A DNA stretch of 22,995 bases from Longivirga aurantiaca (lineage in GTDB: Bacteria > Actinomycetota > Actinomycetes > S36-B12 > CAIYMF01). The stretch lies in assembly GCF_042660085.1 (NCBI RefSeq), contig NZ_JBHSTI010000029.1, positions 1-22,995 of the forward strand. Direction: 5' to 3'. The notes below the pieces were generated by a model. That model did not search any database, had not been told where the DNA came from, and saw only the letters and a list, made by a program, of their open reading frames with translations. Made by a program: the position numbers and the translations under genes. Within the stretch, counting starts at the first letter, position 1. Each line of letters starts with the position of its first letter. Positions 1 to 8,881 of the stretch are shown here, in pieces.

Positions 1-279
1 TCGTTCTTCCGCGTCCGACTGGACCGCGCGACGGAGATGCAGCGGGTCTACCTGCGCGCCATGGCCGAGCTCGGCGCAGCACCGCAGAAGGCGGCCGACG
101 TTGCAGCCCTGCTGGACCGCACGTCGCCGCAGGTGGCACCGACACGCGCTGAGCTCATCGCGATGGGCCTGCTCTACACGCCCGAGCACGGGTACGCCGC
201 CTTCACCGTGCCGCACTTCGACAAGTTCATGAAGCGCGCGATTCCCAACCTGGAAGTCCCGCCGGTTCGACGCCGCTGA
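1..279 (+). CDS. C-terminal part of an AAA/ATP-binding protein (ORC/Cdc6-like family with C-terminal winged-helix-like region), truncated by the window start
   Basis: Frame 1 is open from base 1 (SFFRVRLDRATEMQRVYLRAMAELG...) and ends TGA at 277-279. The tail pattern 'QRVYLRAMAELG...VAALL.R....VAPTRAELIAMGLLYTPEHGYAAFTVPHFDKFMKR' is typical of such ATP-binding proteins. Confidence 0.6.
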   Translation, partial: SFFRVRLDRATEMQRVYLRAMAELGAAPQKAADVAALLDRTSPQVAPTRAELIAMGLLYTPEHGYAAFTVPHFDKFMKRAIPNLEVPPVRRR

Positions 280-408
280 GCCCCCCGGCTCGGGGCGCAT
301 CAGCCAAGCCGGCCGAGATCGACTTATGACCTGCCGCTTGCCGCTGGCCAGCCGTAGTTCTCTCGTCCAGGCGCTCTGTCGCCTGTCGGGCGCTGAATCC
401 GCGCACCT

Positions 409-449
409 TGTGTCGGACCGGGTAGTCGCCCCGGTCGGATGCCGACACA
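409..449. promoter_or_regulatory. Nested inverted repeats upstream of the T4SS operon (candidate operator or mRNA leader structure)
   Basis: TGTGTCGG (409-416) ... CCGACACA (442-449) are perfect 8-nt arms. Inside them lie GACCGGG (416-422) and CCCGGTC (430-436), perfect 7-nt arms. They end 11 nt before the ATG at 461. Confidence 0.3.
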
Positions 450-460
450 GGGAGCCTCCG

Positions 461-766
461 ATGTTCGTCTCACGCGTTGTCGTCCTGGCAGCCGATCCCG
501 GGATCAGCCCGAACAACGGAGGCCTGCCGGGCCTGTCGGTGCTCAAGCAGATCGTGGGCGCCCTGCTGACATGGGGCCTGGTGGCGTGCGTCGCAGGACT
601 GGTGGTCTCCGTCATCGTCTGGGCGCTCGGGCACCACGGCGGCAACTACTCCCACACCAGCAACGGCAAGACCGGCGTGTTGGTCTCGGCGGGCGGGGCG
701 CTACTGATCGGTGGCGCGAACGCGATCGTGGCGTTCTTCTCCGGCTTGGGCGCGGGGATCGGCTGA
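461..766 (+). CDS. Small membrane protein of the conjugation operon (DUF6112-like)
   Basis: ATG at 461 gives MFVSRVVVLAADPGISPNNGGLPGLSVLKQIVGALLTWGLVACVAGLVVSVIVWALGHHGGNYSHTSNGKTGVLVSAGGALLIGGANAIVAFFSGLGAGIG. It has two hydrophobic segments, and the stop overlaps the next start (TGATG). Confidence 0.75.
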   Translation: MFVSRVVVLAADPGISPNNGGLPGLSVLKQIVGALLTWGLVACVAGLVVSVIVWALGHHGGNYSHTSNGKTGVLVSAGGALLIGGANAIVAFFSGLGAGIG

Positions 767-1911
767 TGACCGCGCTCCCGGACTTGTGCGCGGGTCCGCT
801 GGACCCGGTGTGCACGGCCGCGACAGGCGTCGTGAACGCGGCGGGGTCGGCGGTGTCGGAGTCGATCCTGGGCGGGCTCGGGGCGGCGTTCGCGACCGCC
901 GCGGAGCAGGTGTCCACCGCGGCGCTCACGGTGCTGGACGCCACGACCGCGGTCGACACCTCCGCGTCGTGGCTGCGGGCGAACGTCGCCGTCCTGGCTG
1001 CGGTGACCCTGCCGGCGGTGGTGGGCCTGTTCGTGCTTCAGGTGCTGACCTCCGTGCTGCGCCGTGAGCCCGGCGGCCTCGCCCGCGCGGTCATCGGGGT
1101 CGGGAAGGCAGTGCTGGGGGCGGGGTTCGCGGTGTTGGTGACGCACTCCGCGCTGCTGGCCACCGATCAGGTGTGCCAGGCGATCGCGGCGGCGTCCGGG
1201 CTGACCGTGCGCGACGCGGCAGCACGGTTCGTCGACCTGACGTGGCTGGCCGGGCCGTCCTCGGGCCCGGTGCTGCAACTGGTCCTCGGCGGCGCGCTGA
1301 TCGTGGGGTTCCTGCTGCTGTGGGGGGTGCTGCTGTTCCGTAAGGCGGCGCTGATCCTGGTCATCGTGTTCGCGCCGGTCGCGTTCGCGGGGCTTGCGTG
1401 GGACCAGACCCGGGTGTGGGCGCGGCGTTGGATCGAGATCGTGGCGGCGCTGGTGCTGTCCAAGGTCGTCATCGTCGTAGTCTTCGTGGTCGGGGCGAGC
1501 GCGTTCTCCGGCACCGGCCCCAACGCTGGCACGGGCAGCGCTCCTGCGTCGGAGACGACGGGGTCGCTGTCGGACCTGCTCGCCGGGCTGCTCCTGCTGT
1601 CGATCGCGGTGCTCGCGCCGTGGCTGACGTGGCGGTTCGTGCACTGGACCGGGATGGAAGCAGCCTCGGTCATGCACGGGGCTGTCGCGGCCGGGCCGAT
1701 CCCGCGCGCCGCACGGGCGACGGGGAACCAGGCCAGGTTCGCGGCCCAGTCCGTCGCCACCGGGATGGTCCTCGGCCCCGGTGGGGCAGCAGCAGGGGCC
1801 GGCACCCGCGCCGCGACGGGTGCCGCCGCGGGGGCGACGTCGCCCTCGAGCGGCCCGGTCTCTCCCCGCCGCCCCGCCGCCAGCGCTGCGGGAGTAGGTG
1901 AGGGGTCGTGA
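766..1911 (+). CDS. TrbL/VirB6-like polytopic conjugal transfer membrane protein
   Basis: ATG at 766 overlaps the preceding TGA. The protein (MTALPDLCAGPLDPVCTAATGVVNAAGSAVSESILGG...) has multiple hydrophobic helices and a Gly/Ala/Pro-rich tail. Position in the operon is also consistent. Confidence 0.75.
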   Translation: MTALPDLCAGPLDPVCTAATGVVNAAGSAVSESILGGLGAAFATAAEQVSTAALTVLDATTAVDTSASWLRANVAVLAAVTLPAVVGLFVLQVLTSVLRREPGGLARAVIGVGKAVLGAGFAVLVTHSALLATDQVCQAIAAASGLTVRDAAARFVDLTWLAGPSSGPVLQLVLGGALIVGFLLLWGVLLFRKAALILVIVFAPVAFAGLAWDQTRVWARRWIEIVAALVLSKVVIVVVFVVGASAFSGTGPNAGTGSAPASETTGSLSDLLAGLLLLSIAVLAPWLTWRFVHWTGMEAASVMHGAVAAGPIPRAARATGNQARFAAQSVATGMVLGPGGAAAGAGTRAATGAAAGATSPSSGPVSPRRPAASAAGVGEGS

Positions 1912-3320
1912 GCGCGCCCGCCGCGACGGTGCGGTTCGGCCGCCTGGAGCGCCGCGGTCTGCTGCTCGGCCTGTCCGGGCCACAGCTCGCCGCCGTGGGC
2001 GCAGCGGCGGCGATCGCGGTGACCACCGAGTACGCCGCGGGCCTGCCCGGGCTCCTTGCCGCTGCTCTCCTGTGGGGCCCGCTGCTCGCGGCGGGCACGG
2101 CATCGGTCCGGGGCCGCAGCGTGATGGGGTGGATCCCGATCGTCGGTGACTGGTGGCTGCGGCGGGCCATCGGTGCGACCCGCCAGCTCCACCGGCTTCG
2201 CGATCCCCGCGCAGCGACGGGTGGGCTCCTGCTGGAGCTGCCGGGGATCCGCACGCCGCTTCCCGTCACGACCGGCTCGAGCGGCGCGGCGCTGGTGAGC
2301 GACCGCACGACGGGGACGGTGACCGCTGTCCTCGCGGTCCGCGGGCGGGGCGTCCTGCTCGCAGACGACGCCGGGTCCACGACGGCGGCCTGGGGGCGGG
2401 TGCTGACGGGGCTCACTCAGTCCCGGGAGATCGTCCGCGTGCAGGTCCTGCACGCCACCGCCCCGGCGGGCGAGTGCGATGTGCGCCGCTGGTGGTCCGA
2501 CCATGCCACCGGTGCGGACGCGCCGTTGCCGGCGCGACTGGTGGCCGACCTGCTCGCCGACGCCGACACGTCGACGACACGGATCACCACCGTGCTCGCG
2601 GTTGCGTTCCGCCGCGGCGGAGCGCACGACGACGTCCAGCCGCTGCTGGGCACGTTCGCGGACACGGTCGCCGCCGGCGGCCTCAAGGTCGAGGGCTGGA
2701 TCGGTCCTCGCCGGCTGTGCGAGCTGATGCGCCGTGCCTACGACCCCGTGGCACTGATCTCCTCTGGTCATATGGTCGCTGAGCGGCAGGCGGACCGGGC
2801 CGGGGTGTGGGGGCCGATGGCGGTTGCGGAGTCGTGGGCGATTCTGCGCACCGACACCGCAGTGCACGCCTCGTACTGGATTTCGGAATGGCCGCGCGCC
2901 GAGGTCGGGATCGAGTTTCTGCAGCCGCTGCTGCTGGCACCCGGCGCGCACCGGACCGTCACGCTGATCGCGGAGCCGCAGCCGTTGCGCGTCGCGGCGC
3001 GGGACATCCGTCGCGCGCGGGTCGACCTCGTCTCCGACTCCGCGCACCGCGCCCGTACCGGCCGTATCGAGGACGAGGCCGCCCGCGCGGAGGCCGACGA
3101 TGTCGCCACCCGCGAGCGCGACTTGGTCGCCGGCCACGGCGACCTGCGGTTCACCGGCCTGGTCACCGTCACCGCCGCCGACGAGGCGGCCCTGGTCGAG
3201 GCGTGCCGTGCGACTGAGGCCGCGGCGGCGCGGGCGATGTGCGAGCTGCGCCCTCTGGTCGGGCAGCAGGCCGCGGCGCACACCGCTGCCGCGCTCCCGC
3301 TCGCGCGGGGGATCCTGTGA
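1908..3320 (+). CDS. SCO6880/PrgI-family protein: N-terminal PrgI-like transmembrane region followed by a VirB4 N-terminal-like region
   Basis: GTG at 1908 overlaps the previous stop. It reads MSAPAATVRFGRLERRGLLLGLSGPQLAAVGAAAAIAVTTEYAAGLPGLLAAALLWGPLLAAGTASVRGRS..., a TM pair after a FGRLERRG motif. The later region 'HASYWISEWPRAEVGIEFLQPLLLAPGAHRTVTLIAEPQP' resembles VirB4 N-domains. Confidence 0.75.
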   Translation: MSAPAATVRFGRLERRGLLLGLSGPQLAAVGAAAAIAVTTEYAAGLPGLLAAALLWGPLLAAGTASVRGRSVMGWIPIVGDWWLRRAIGATRQLHRLRDPRAATGGLLLELPGIRTPLPVTTGSSGAALVSDRTTGTVTAVLAVRGRGVLLADDAGSTTAAWGRVLTGLTQSREIVRVQVLHATAPAGECDVRRWWSDHATGADAPLPARLVADLLADADTSTTRITTVLAVAFRRGGAHDDVQPLLGTFADTVAAGGLKVEGWIGPRRLCELMRRAYDPVALISSGHMVAERQADRAGVWGPMAVAESWAILRTDTAVHASYWISEWPRAEVGIEFLQPLLLAPGAHRTVTLIAEPQPLRVAARDIRRARVDLVSDSAHRARTGRIEDEAARAEADDVATRERDLVAGHGDLRFTGLVTVTAADEAALVEACRATEAAAARAMCELRPLVGQQAAAHTAAALPLARGIL

Positions 3321-4663
3321 ACGCCGGCGCGCACCGCACCTCCGGCACCCCGGTGTCGGGGCGCAGGGTCGGGGTGTGGCCGCTGCGGGTCCCGGCCCAC
3401 CGGGCCAGCAGCGCCGTCCTGGCCGGCGCGTACCCGTTCCTGGCCCCGGCCCCGCCCCAGGCCGGGGTCTACATCGGGCCGGACGCGCTCACCGGGGAGG
3501 CGTTCGCGTTCGACCCCTGGGCCCTCTACGCGGCAGGGGAGCTGACCAACCCGAACATGCTCCTGGCCGGGGTCATCGGTCAGGGCAAGTCCGCGCTCGC
3601 CAAGTCACTCGCGCTGCGCTCGCTCGCCGCCGGGCGGCGCGTCTACGTCCCCGGCGACCCCAAGGGGGAGTGGGCGCCTCTGGCAGACGCCGTCGGCGGC
3701 ACCGTCATCCGGATCGGCCCGGGCCTGGCGACCCGCCTCAACCCTCTCGACGCACCGCCCGCGTCGCGAGGTTCCAGGAACTCGAGCGCGACGGTCCTCG
3801 CGGCGGTCGCTGCGACCCTCCTGGGCCGGGACCTCGCCCCGGCCGAGCACACCGCCCTACACGCCGCACTCAACGCCGTCCGTGCGGACGCCGCCCCGAC
3901 GCTGCCGCGGCTCGTCGACGCCCTGGCCGACCCGGACCTTGCTGCAGCGGCCGCGGACCGCACCAACGTCGCCGCCCGGACCCGCGACGGTGCCGACCTC
4001 GTGCATGCACTGCGCCGCCTGACCCGTGGCGACCTCGCCGGCATGTTCGACGGCCCGTCCACCCACCGTCTCGACCCGTCCGCGCCGATGGTGGTTCTGG
4101 ATCTATCGGCGCTCGGGTCCGACGACATCGCCCTGGCCATCGCGATGACGTGTGCGTCGGCGTGGCTGGAGCAGTCCCTCACCACTTCTGGCGACCAGCC
4201 CGGCCCGCGGTGGGTGGTGTACGACGAGGCATGGCGGCTGCTCCGCAGCCCCGCGCTGCTGGGACGGATGCAGGCGCAATGGAAGCTGTCGCGCGCCTAC
4301 GGAATCGCCAACCTGCTGATCCTGCACCGCCTGTCCGACCTCGACGCCGTCGCCGCCACCGGTACCGCCGGGCGCGCGATCGCCGACGGATTGCTCGCCG
4401 ACTGCTCGACCCGCGTCATCTACCGGCAGGAAGCCGACCAGCTCGCTGCTACCGCCCGCGCCCTGGGGCTGACCGGAGCGGAGCGCGAGGTGATCGCGGT
4501 GCTGCCGCGCGGCACGGGGATGTGGAAGCTGCCCGCCCGATCCCACCTGGTCCATCACCGTCTCCACGTCGACGAACTGACCTTGGTGGACACCGACGCC
4601 GCGATGACGGGCACGGCCACGAACCACGCGGCACGGGGCACGGCGACGGGAGGCGCGCGATGA
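3317..4663 (+). CDS. VirB4-like conjugation ATPase (C-terminal ATPase portion only)
   Basis: GTG at 3317 overlaps the TGA of the previous gene. Walker A is AGVIGQGKSALAKSLALRS, and a Walker B-like WVVYDEAWRLLRSPALLGRMQAQWKLSRAYG is present. The ORF track's longer start at 3239 lies inside the upstream gene. Confidence 0.85.
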   Translation: MNAGAHRTSGTPVSGRRVGVWPLRVPAHRASSAVLAGAYPFLAPAPPQAGVYIGPDALTGEAFAFDPWALYAAGELTNPNMLLAGVIGQGKSALAKSLALRSLAAGRRVYVPGDPKGEWAPLADAVGGTVIRIGPGLATRLNPLDAPPASRGSRNSSATVLAAVAATLLGRDLAPAEHTALHAALNAVRADAAPTLPRLVDALADPDLAAAAADRTNVAARTRDGADLVHALRRLTRGDLAGMFDGPSTHRLDPSAPMVVLDLSALGSDDIALAIAMTCASAWLEQSLTTSGDQPGPRWVVYDEAWRLLRSPALLGRMQAQWKLSRAYGIANLLILHRLSDLDAVAATGTAGRAIADGLLADCSTRVIYRQEADQLAATARALGLTGAEREVIAVLPRGTGMWKLPARSHLVHHRLHVDELTLVDTDAAMTGTATNHAARGTATGGAR

Positions 4664-5859
4664 CGCCCGATCCGATGCGCAGCACCGCTGTCATGTCCGA
4701 GGACACGCGCGAGACCGGCGTCGGAGTCCCGGCCGCCGTGCGGCTGGCGGAGCAGGCCACCCTCGGCGCGCTTCTGCTGGCCCCGGACGCGGTCGTCGCC
4801 ATGAGCGGATGGCTGCGCGCGGAGGACTTCGCCGACCCCTGGCACCACACCCTCTACGCCACTATCCGCGAGCTCGACGCCGCCCACCAGCGACCCTCCC
4901 CGGACGTGGTCGCGCAGGCGATGATCGACCGGCACGGCTACCGGATCGCCGACGCACCGCGCATCCTGGACCTGCTCGCCGCAGTCCCGACCCGCCCCCG
5001 CCCCGCCGAGTACGCCGCGGTCGTGCTGGAGGCGTCGCTGCGCCGCCAGGTCGCCTGCCACGGCGTCCTGCTGCAGGCCGCAGCCCTCGCCGCAGCCTTG
5101 GACCGCAGCCCTCGGGTGGTGGAGACGGTCACCGAGCAGATCGACGCTGTCGCCGAGTTGGCCCTTAAGGGGTGGGCAATCGCCACCCGCGCCACCACCG
5201 GCACCGCCGTCCCCGCGCCCGTGTCGCCTCCGTCACCGGTCGGGCTGCTGCCGTCCCTGGTCGGCGCGGACCGGCTCCTGTCCCGGCATCCCCTACCCGA
5301 CCCCGACGCCGTCGCCGACCGCGAGGGCGACCTGACCGCATCCTTGGTCACGCACCCCGACTACCTCGCCGCGGTCACCGGCTGGCTGCGACCCGATGCC
5401 CTCACCAGCGACACGTGGCGCCCGGTCTATGCGGCGCTGGTGGACCTGTACGACACCGGCGCGCCGATCGACCCCGTCACCGTGGCATGGCGCATCGCCC
5501 GCACCGCACCCACCGCCGGACCCGGGCCGAACCCCCGCGACCTCACCGCCATGGTCGAGCACGCCACCGTCCTCGACCCCGCACACGCCGCCACCGCGGT
5601 CGCCGCCGACCAGCTACGCCTGGCCGCGCACCGTACCGCCACAGCGCTCCGCGCCGATGCTGGCAATCTCGGCCTGGACCTGCGCGACCTCCTCGACACC
5701 ACTCTCCTGCACACCCGCGCCCTGCGCCGCGCCGCCGCACCCCTTCACCCCGGTCCGCCCGGCAGCGACGCCGACCACCACGTCCCCATCCCGCTGCCCG
5801 TCATGCGGCGGCAGCGCGCGGGCACGGCCGGTCGACACCTCGCCGTGGTGCCCCGATGA
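4660..5859 (+). CDS. Protein with two DnaB-like helicase N-terminal domains and no helicase domain
   Basis: ATG at 4660 overlaps the previous stop. First copy: AAVRLAEQATLGALLLAPDAVVAMSGWLRAEDFADPWHHTLYATIRELDAAHQRPSPDVVAQAM. Second copy: LTASLVTHPDYLAAVTGWLRPDALTSDTWRPVYAALVDLYDTGAPIDPVTVAWRI. No Walker A is present. Confidence 0.75.
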   Translation: MTPDPMRSTAVMSEDTRETGVGVPAAVRLAEQATLGALLLAPDAVVAMSGWLRAEDFADPWHHTLYATIRELDAAHQRPSPDVVAQAMIDRHGYRIADAPRILDLLAAVPTRPRPAEYAAVVLEASLRRQVACHGVLLQAAALAAALDRSPRVVETVTEQIDAVAELALKGWAIATRATTGTAVPAPVSPPSPVGLLPSLVGADRLLSRHPLPDPDAVADREGDLTASLVTHPDYLAAVTGWLRPDALTSDTWRPVYAALVDLYDTGAPIDPVTVAWRIARTAPTAGPGPNPRDLTAMVEHATVLDPAHAATAVAADQLRLAAHRTATALRADAGNLGLDLRDLLDTTLLHTRALRRAAAPLHPGPPGSDADHHVPIPLPVMRRQRAGTAGRHLAVVPR

Positions 5860-7712
5860 CTCGCCCCCGCGTCGGGGGAACGGGTGCGGGGGCGCGTGTG
5901 GGCGGGTGGGACACCACCGACCTCGGCCTGCTCGCCGTCGGCCTCACCCTCGCCGCCGGGGCGCTCCTGTACGCGGGCGCTACCGCCGCCTGCCTGCTCA
6001 CCGGACGACCAGCCCCCGACGGCGGGATCCTGCCAGCGCTCGCCGCCGTAGGGCGGCCCGTTGAACCAGCCGGTGCATGGCCGCGACCCGAGCAGCTGCC
6101 CGGCCCGATCCCATACTGGGCCGCCACTCTCGCCGTCCTCGCCCTCGCGGCCACCTCGGGGTTCGTCGCCGTACGGTTCGCGCGGCACCTCCTCGACCGG
6201 CATAACCCGTCTACCAGCCGCGGCCGCCTTGCTCACCTGCCGGGGCTCGCCTCACGTCGCGAACTCACCACCGTCGCCGGCGATCGCGCCCTGCGCACCC
6301 GCGCCCGCCACGCCCGCCCCAGCCAACCCGCCACCGCGCCCCCCACCGAGCTCGGATACCTCCTCGGCGCGGCGCACGGCAGCGACCTGTGGTGCTCGGT
6401 CGAGGACTCCGCGCTGCTCCTCGGACCGCCCCGAATGGGCAAGGGCCTGCACGTGGTCATCCCCTGGATCCTCGACGCCCCCGGCGCCGTCGTCGCCACC
6501 TCAACCCGCCCCGACACCCTCGCCGTCACCCACGACCACCGCGCCACGCGCGGCCCGGTCGCGGTGTTCGACCCCCAGCGCCTCGCCGGCCTCCCCGACG
6601 GGCTGCGCTGGTCCCCGGTCCGCGGCTGCCAGCACCCCCGCATCGCCCTGGTCCGCGCCCGCGGCCTCGCCTCGGGCACCGGCATGCACGGATCGGTCTC
6701 CGACGCGGACTTCTGGACCGGCCAGACCGAGACCGCACTGCGCTGCCTGCTGCACGCCGCCGCCCTCGACGACCGGCGCGCCCTGGACCTGTACCGGTGG
6801 TCGCTCAACCCCGTCCTGGCCGAGGACGCCGTCACCGTCCTGACCCGCCACCGCGACGCAGCAGACGGCTGGGCCGACGCCCTCGACGCGATCGTCCACG
6901 CCGACCCCCGCACCCGCGACAGCGTCTGGCTCGGCGTCCGCCAAGCCCTCGCCGCCCTCGCCGACCCCCATGTCCTGCACGCCCTCGACCCCGGACCCGA
7001 CGACCGGTTCGACCCCGAGACCTTCCTCACCGACCGCGGCACCCTCTACCTGCTCGCGTCCGCGGAGTCCTCGGGCACCAGCGCACCCCTGGTCGCCGCA
7101 TTCGTCGAAGACATCACCGAGACCGCCCGCACCCTGGCCGCACGCTCGCCCGGCGCGCGCCTGGACCCGCCGCTGCTGCTCGCCCTCGACGAGATCGCCA
7201 ACCTCACCCCGCTCCCCTCCCTGCCCTCCCTCATGGCCGAAGGCGGCGGGTCCGGCATCACCACCCTCGCCGTCCTGCAGTCCCTCGCCCAGGCCCGGCA
7301 CCGCTGGGGCGAGCACGCCGCCGACACCATCTGGGACGCCGCCACCGTCAAGCTCGTCCTGGGCGGACTGGCCAAGATGCGCGACCTCGACGACGTCTCC
7401 CGTCTCCTGGGCGACATCGACGAAACCACCCGCTCCCAGTCACGCGGCCACGGCGGCGAACGCTCCACCACCACCAGCCTGCGCACCGTTCCGGTCCTGC
7501 CGCCCGCGGTCCTGCGGACCCTTCCCTTCGGCGCCGCCGTGCTCCTGCTCCGGCACGCCCGGCCCGCGATCATCGACCTCGCCCCCTGGCCCAGCCGCCC
7601 GGACGCCGCCGCGCTCAACGCGGGGCAGCGGCGCATCGAAGCCGCCGCCGCCGCTTCAGCCGGCCGTGGGAGCAGCGGTCAACTCGCCGCGCGCGATGGA
7701 GCGGCACGGTGA
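5856..7712 (+). CDS. TraG/VirD4-family type IV secretion coupling protein
   Basis: ATG at 5856 overlaps the previous TGA. N-terminal TM helices are followed by a Walker A-like LLLGPPRMGKGLHVVIPWIL, DFWTGQTETALRCLLHAAAL, and Walker B LLLALDEIANLTPLPSLPSLMAEGGGSGITTLAVLQSLAQARHRWG. Confidence 0.9.
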   Translation: MTRPRVGGTGAGARVGGWDTTDLGLLAVGLTLAAGALLYAGATAACLLTGRPAPDGGILPALAAVGRPVEPAGAWPRPEQLPGPIPYWAATLAVLALAATSGFVAVRFARHLLDRHNPSTSRGRLAHLPGLASRRELTTVAGDRALRTRARHARPSQPATAPPTELGYLLGAAHGSDLWCSVEDSALLLGPPRMGKGLHVVIPWILDAPGAVVATSTRPDTLAVTHDHRATRGPVAVFDPQRLAGLPDGLRWSPVRGCQHPRIALVRARGLASGTGMHGSVSDADFWTGQTETALRCLLHAAALDDRRALDLYRWSLNPVLAEDAVTVLTRHRDAADGWADALDAIVHADPRTRDSVWLGVRQALAALADPHVLHALDPGPDDRFDPETFLTDRGTLYLLASAESSGTSAPLVAAFVEDITETARTLAARSPGARLDPPLLLALDEIANLTPLPSLPSLMAEGGGSGITTLAVLQSLAQARHRWGEHAADTIWDAATVKLVLGGLAKMRDLDDVSRLLGDIDETTRSQSRGHGGERSTTTSLRTVPVLPPAVLRTLPFGAAVLLLRHARPAIIDLAPWPSRPDAAALNAGQRRIEAAAAASAGRGSSGQLAARDGAAR

Positions 7713-8881
7713 AGGCCGGCCTCGCCGCCGCAGCGGCCACCGCCCTCGCCGCGCCCGTCCTCGCAGTCCTCGCAGTCCTCGGCGCAGCCGGCACCGCGCT
7801 CGCCTGCCTCACCGCCCCCGGACCCGCCCTAGCCGACACCGCACCGGTCCCGGCCCCGGCGCGGGTATGGATCGCGGCCGTGCAGAACGCCTGCCTCCAG
7901 TTGCCGCAGCCCTGGATCGCGGCCGTCATGGCCGCCGACTCCGGCTTCGACCCGGCCCATGCCGGCCCGCGCGGCCGCGGCCTGATCGCCGTGACCGAGC
8001 CGGACTGGGTCGCCGTCCACGGCGCCGGCTGGAACGTGGACCTCGACGGCGACGGCCTGCCCGATGACTCCGACCCGTTCACCGTCGCCCATGTCGCCGG
8101 GCGGATGCTGTGCCAGCTCCTCGACGACCTCGACCAGCCCCAGGGCACGCCGCTGTCTGGGCCGCGTCGCCTGTCGTGGCTGGACACGCTCGCCCTCGCG
8201 CACCATTCCGGGCCGGCTGCCGTCGCGACCTACCCGCGGATCGACAACTCCGCCAAGACGTACCTCGAACGCGTCCACGCCGACGCCGTCGCCTGGACCA
8301 GCACTACACCCACTGCCACCACCGCCGGGAGCGCCACCGGTGCCCCATCGCAAGAGGCGCCTTCGGCCCACGTGGACGGCGCCTGCGCGTCCAGCCTCGC
8401 CGGCACCGGGACCGTCGTCGTCCCACCCGGCACCCCCACCGACGTGGCAGGCGCAGTCGCCGCCGCGCTTAACCTCGTCGGTGCCCGCTCCGGCTGGTAC
8501 AACCGCTGCGACCGGCTCGCCTGCCGCGCCTACGGCTACGCCAACTCCGGCTACGAGTCCGCCTCCGTGCACTGGACCCGCATGCTCGCCACCGGGCATG
8601 CCCGCCCCGGCGACCGCTGCCCTCCGCTCGGCGCGTTCGTGTACTGGGCCACCGGCGGCCCCGCCGGGCACATCGCCCTCGTCGTGCAGGCGGACCCCGC
8701 CTGCGACCCCGCACGGATCAAGGTCGTCACCAACGACGCCCTCGACCACGCCACCGGATTCACCGGCGGGGTCTACCTCGTCACGCTCGCCCAGATCGAG
8801 ACCGGATTCATGTCCCGCAGCGGGTACCGCGGATGGTCCGACCCCGTCTGCGCTGGCGCCTTACAGGCAGGCGCGGCATGA
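7709..8881 (+). CDS. Lytic-transglycosylase-like / C40 (NlpC/P60-like) peptidoglycan-remodelling protein of conjugation
   Basis: GTG at 7709 overlaps the previous stop. The protein has a signal-like hydrophobic N-terminus, then QLPQPWIAAVMAADSGFDPAHAGPRGRGLIAV, and a C-terminal NlpC/P60-like region YNRCDRLACRAYGYANSGY...PPLGAFVYWATGGPAGHIALVVQ. Confidence 0.7.
   Translation: MKAGLAAAAATALAAPVLAVLAVLGAAGTALACLTAPGPALADTAPVPAPARVWIAAVQNACLQLPQPWIAAVMAADSGFDPAHAGPRGRGLIAVTEPDWVAVHGAGWNVDLDGDGLPDDSDPFTVAHVAGRMLCQLLDDLDQPQGTPLSGPRRLSWLDTLALAHHSGPAAVATYPRIDNSAKTYLERVHADAVAWTSTTPTATTAGSATGAPSQEAPSAHVDGACASSLAGTGTVVVPPGTPTDVAGAVAAALNLVGARSGWYNRCDRLACRAYGYANSGYESASVHWTRMLATGHARPGDRCPPLGAFVYWATGGPAGHIALVVQADPACDPARIKVVTNDALDHATGFTGGVYLVTLAQIETGFMSRSGYRGWSDPVCAGALQAGAA

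Noticed and set aside
646-3281. Long minus-strand ORFs 646-2103 and 1167-3281
   Set aside because: Antisense to well-supported TrbL-like and SCO6880-like genes. Arg/Pro/Gly-rich low-information translations typical of GC-rich shadow ORFs.
4660-5859. Full replicative DnaB helicase
   Set aside because: No Walker A/B or RecA-like domain. Only the N-terminal domain pattern is present, twice.
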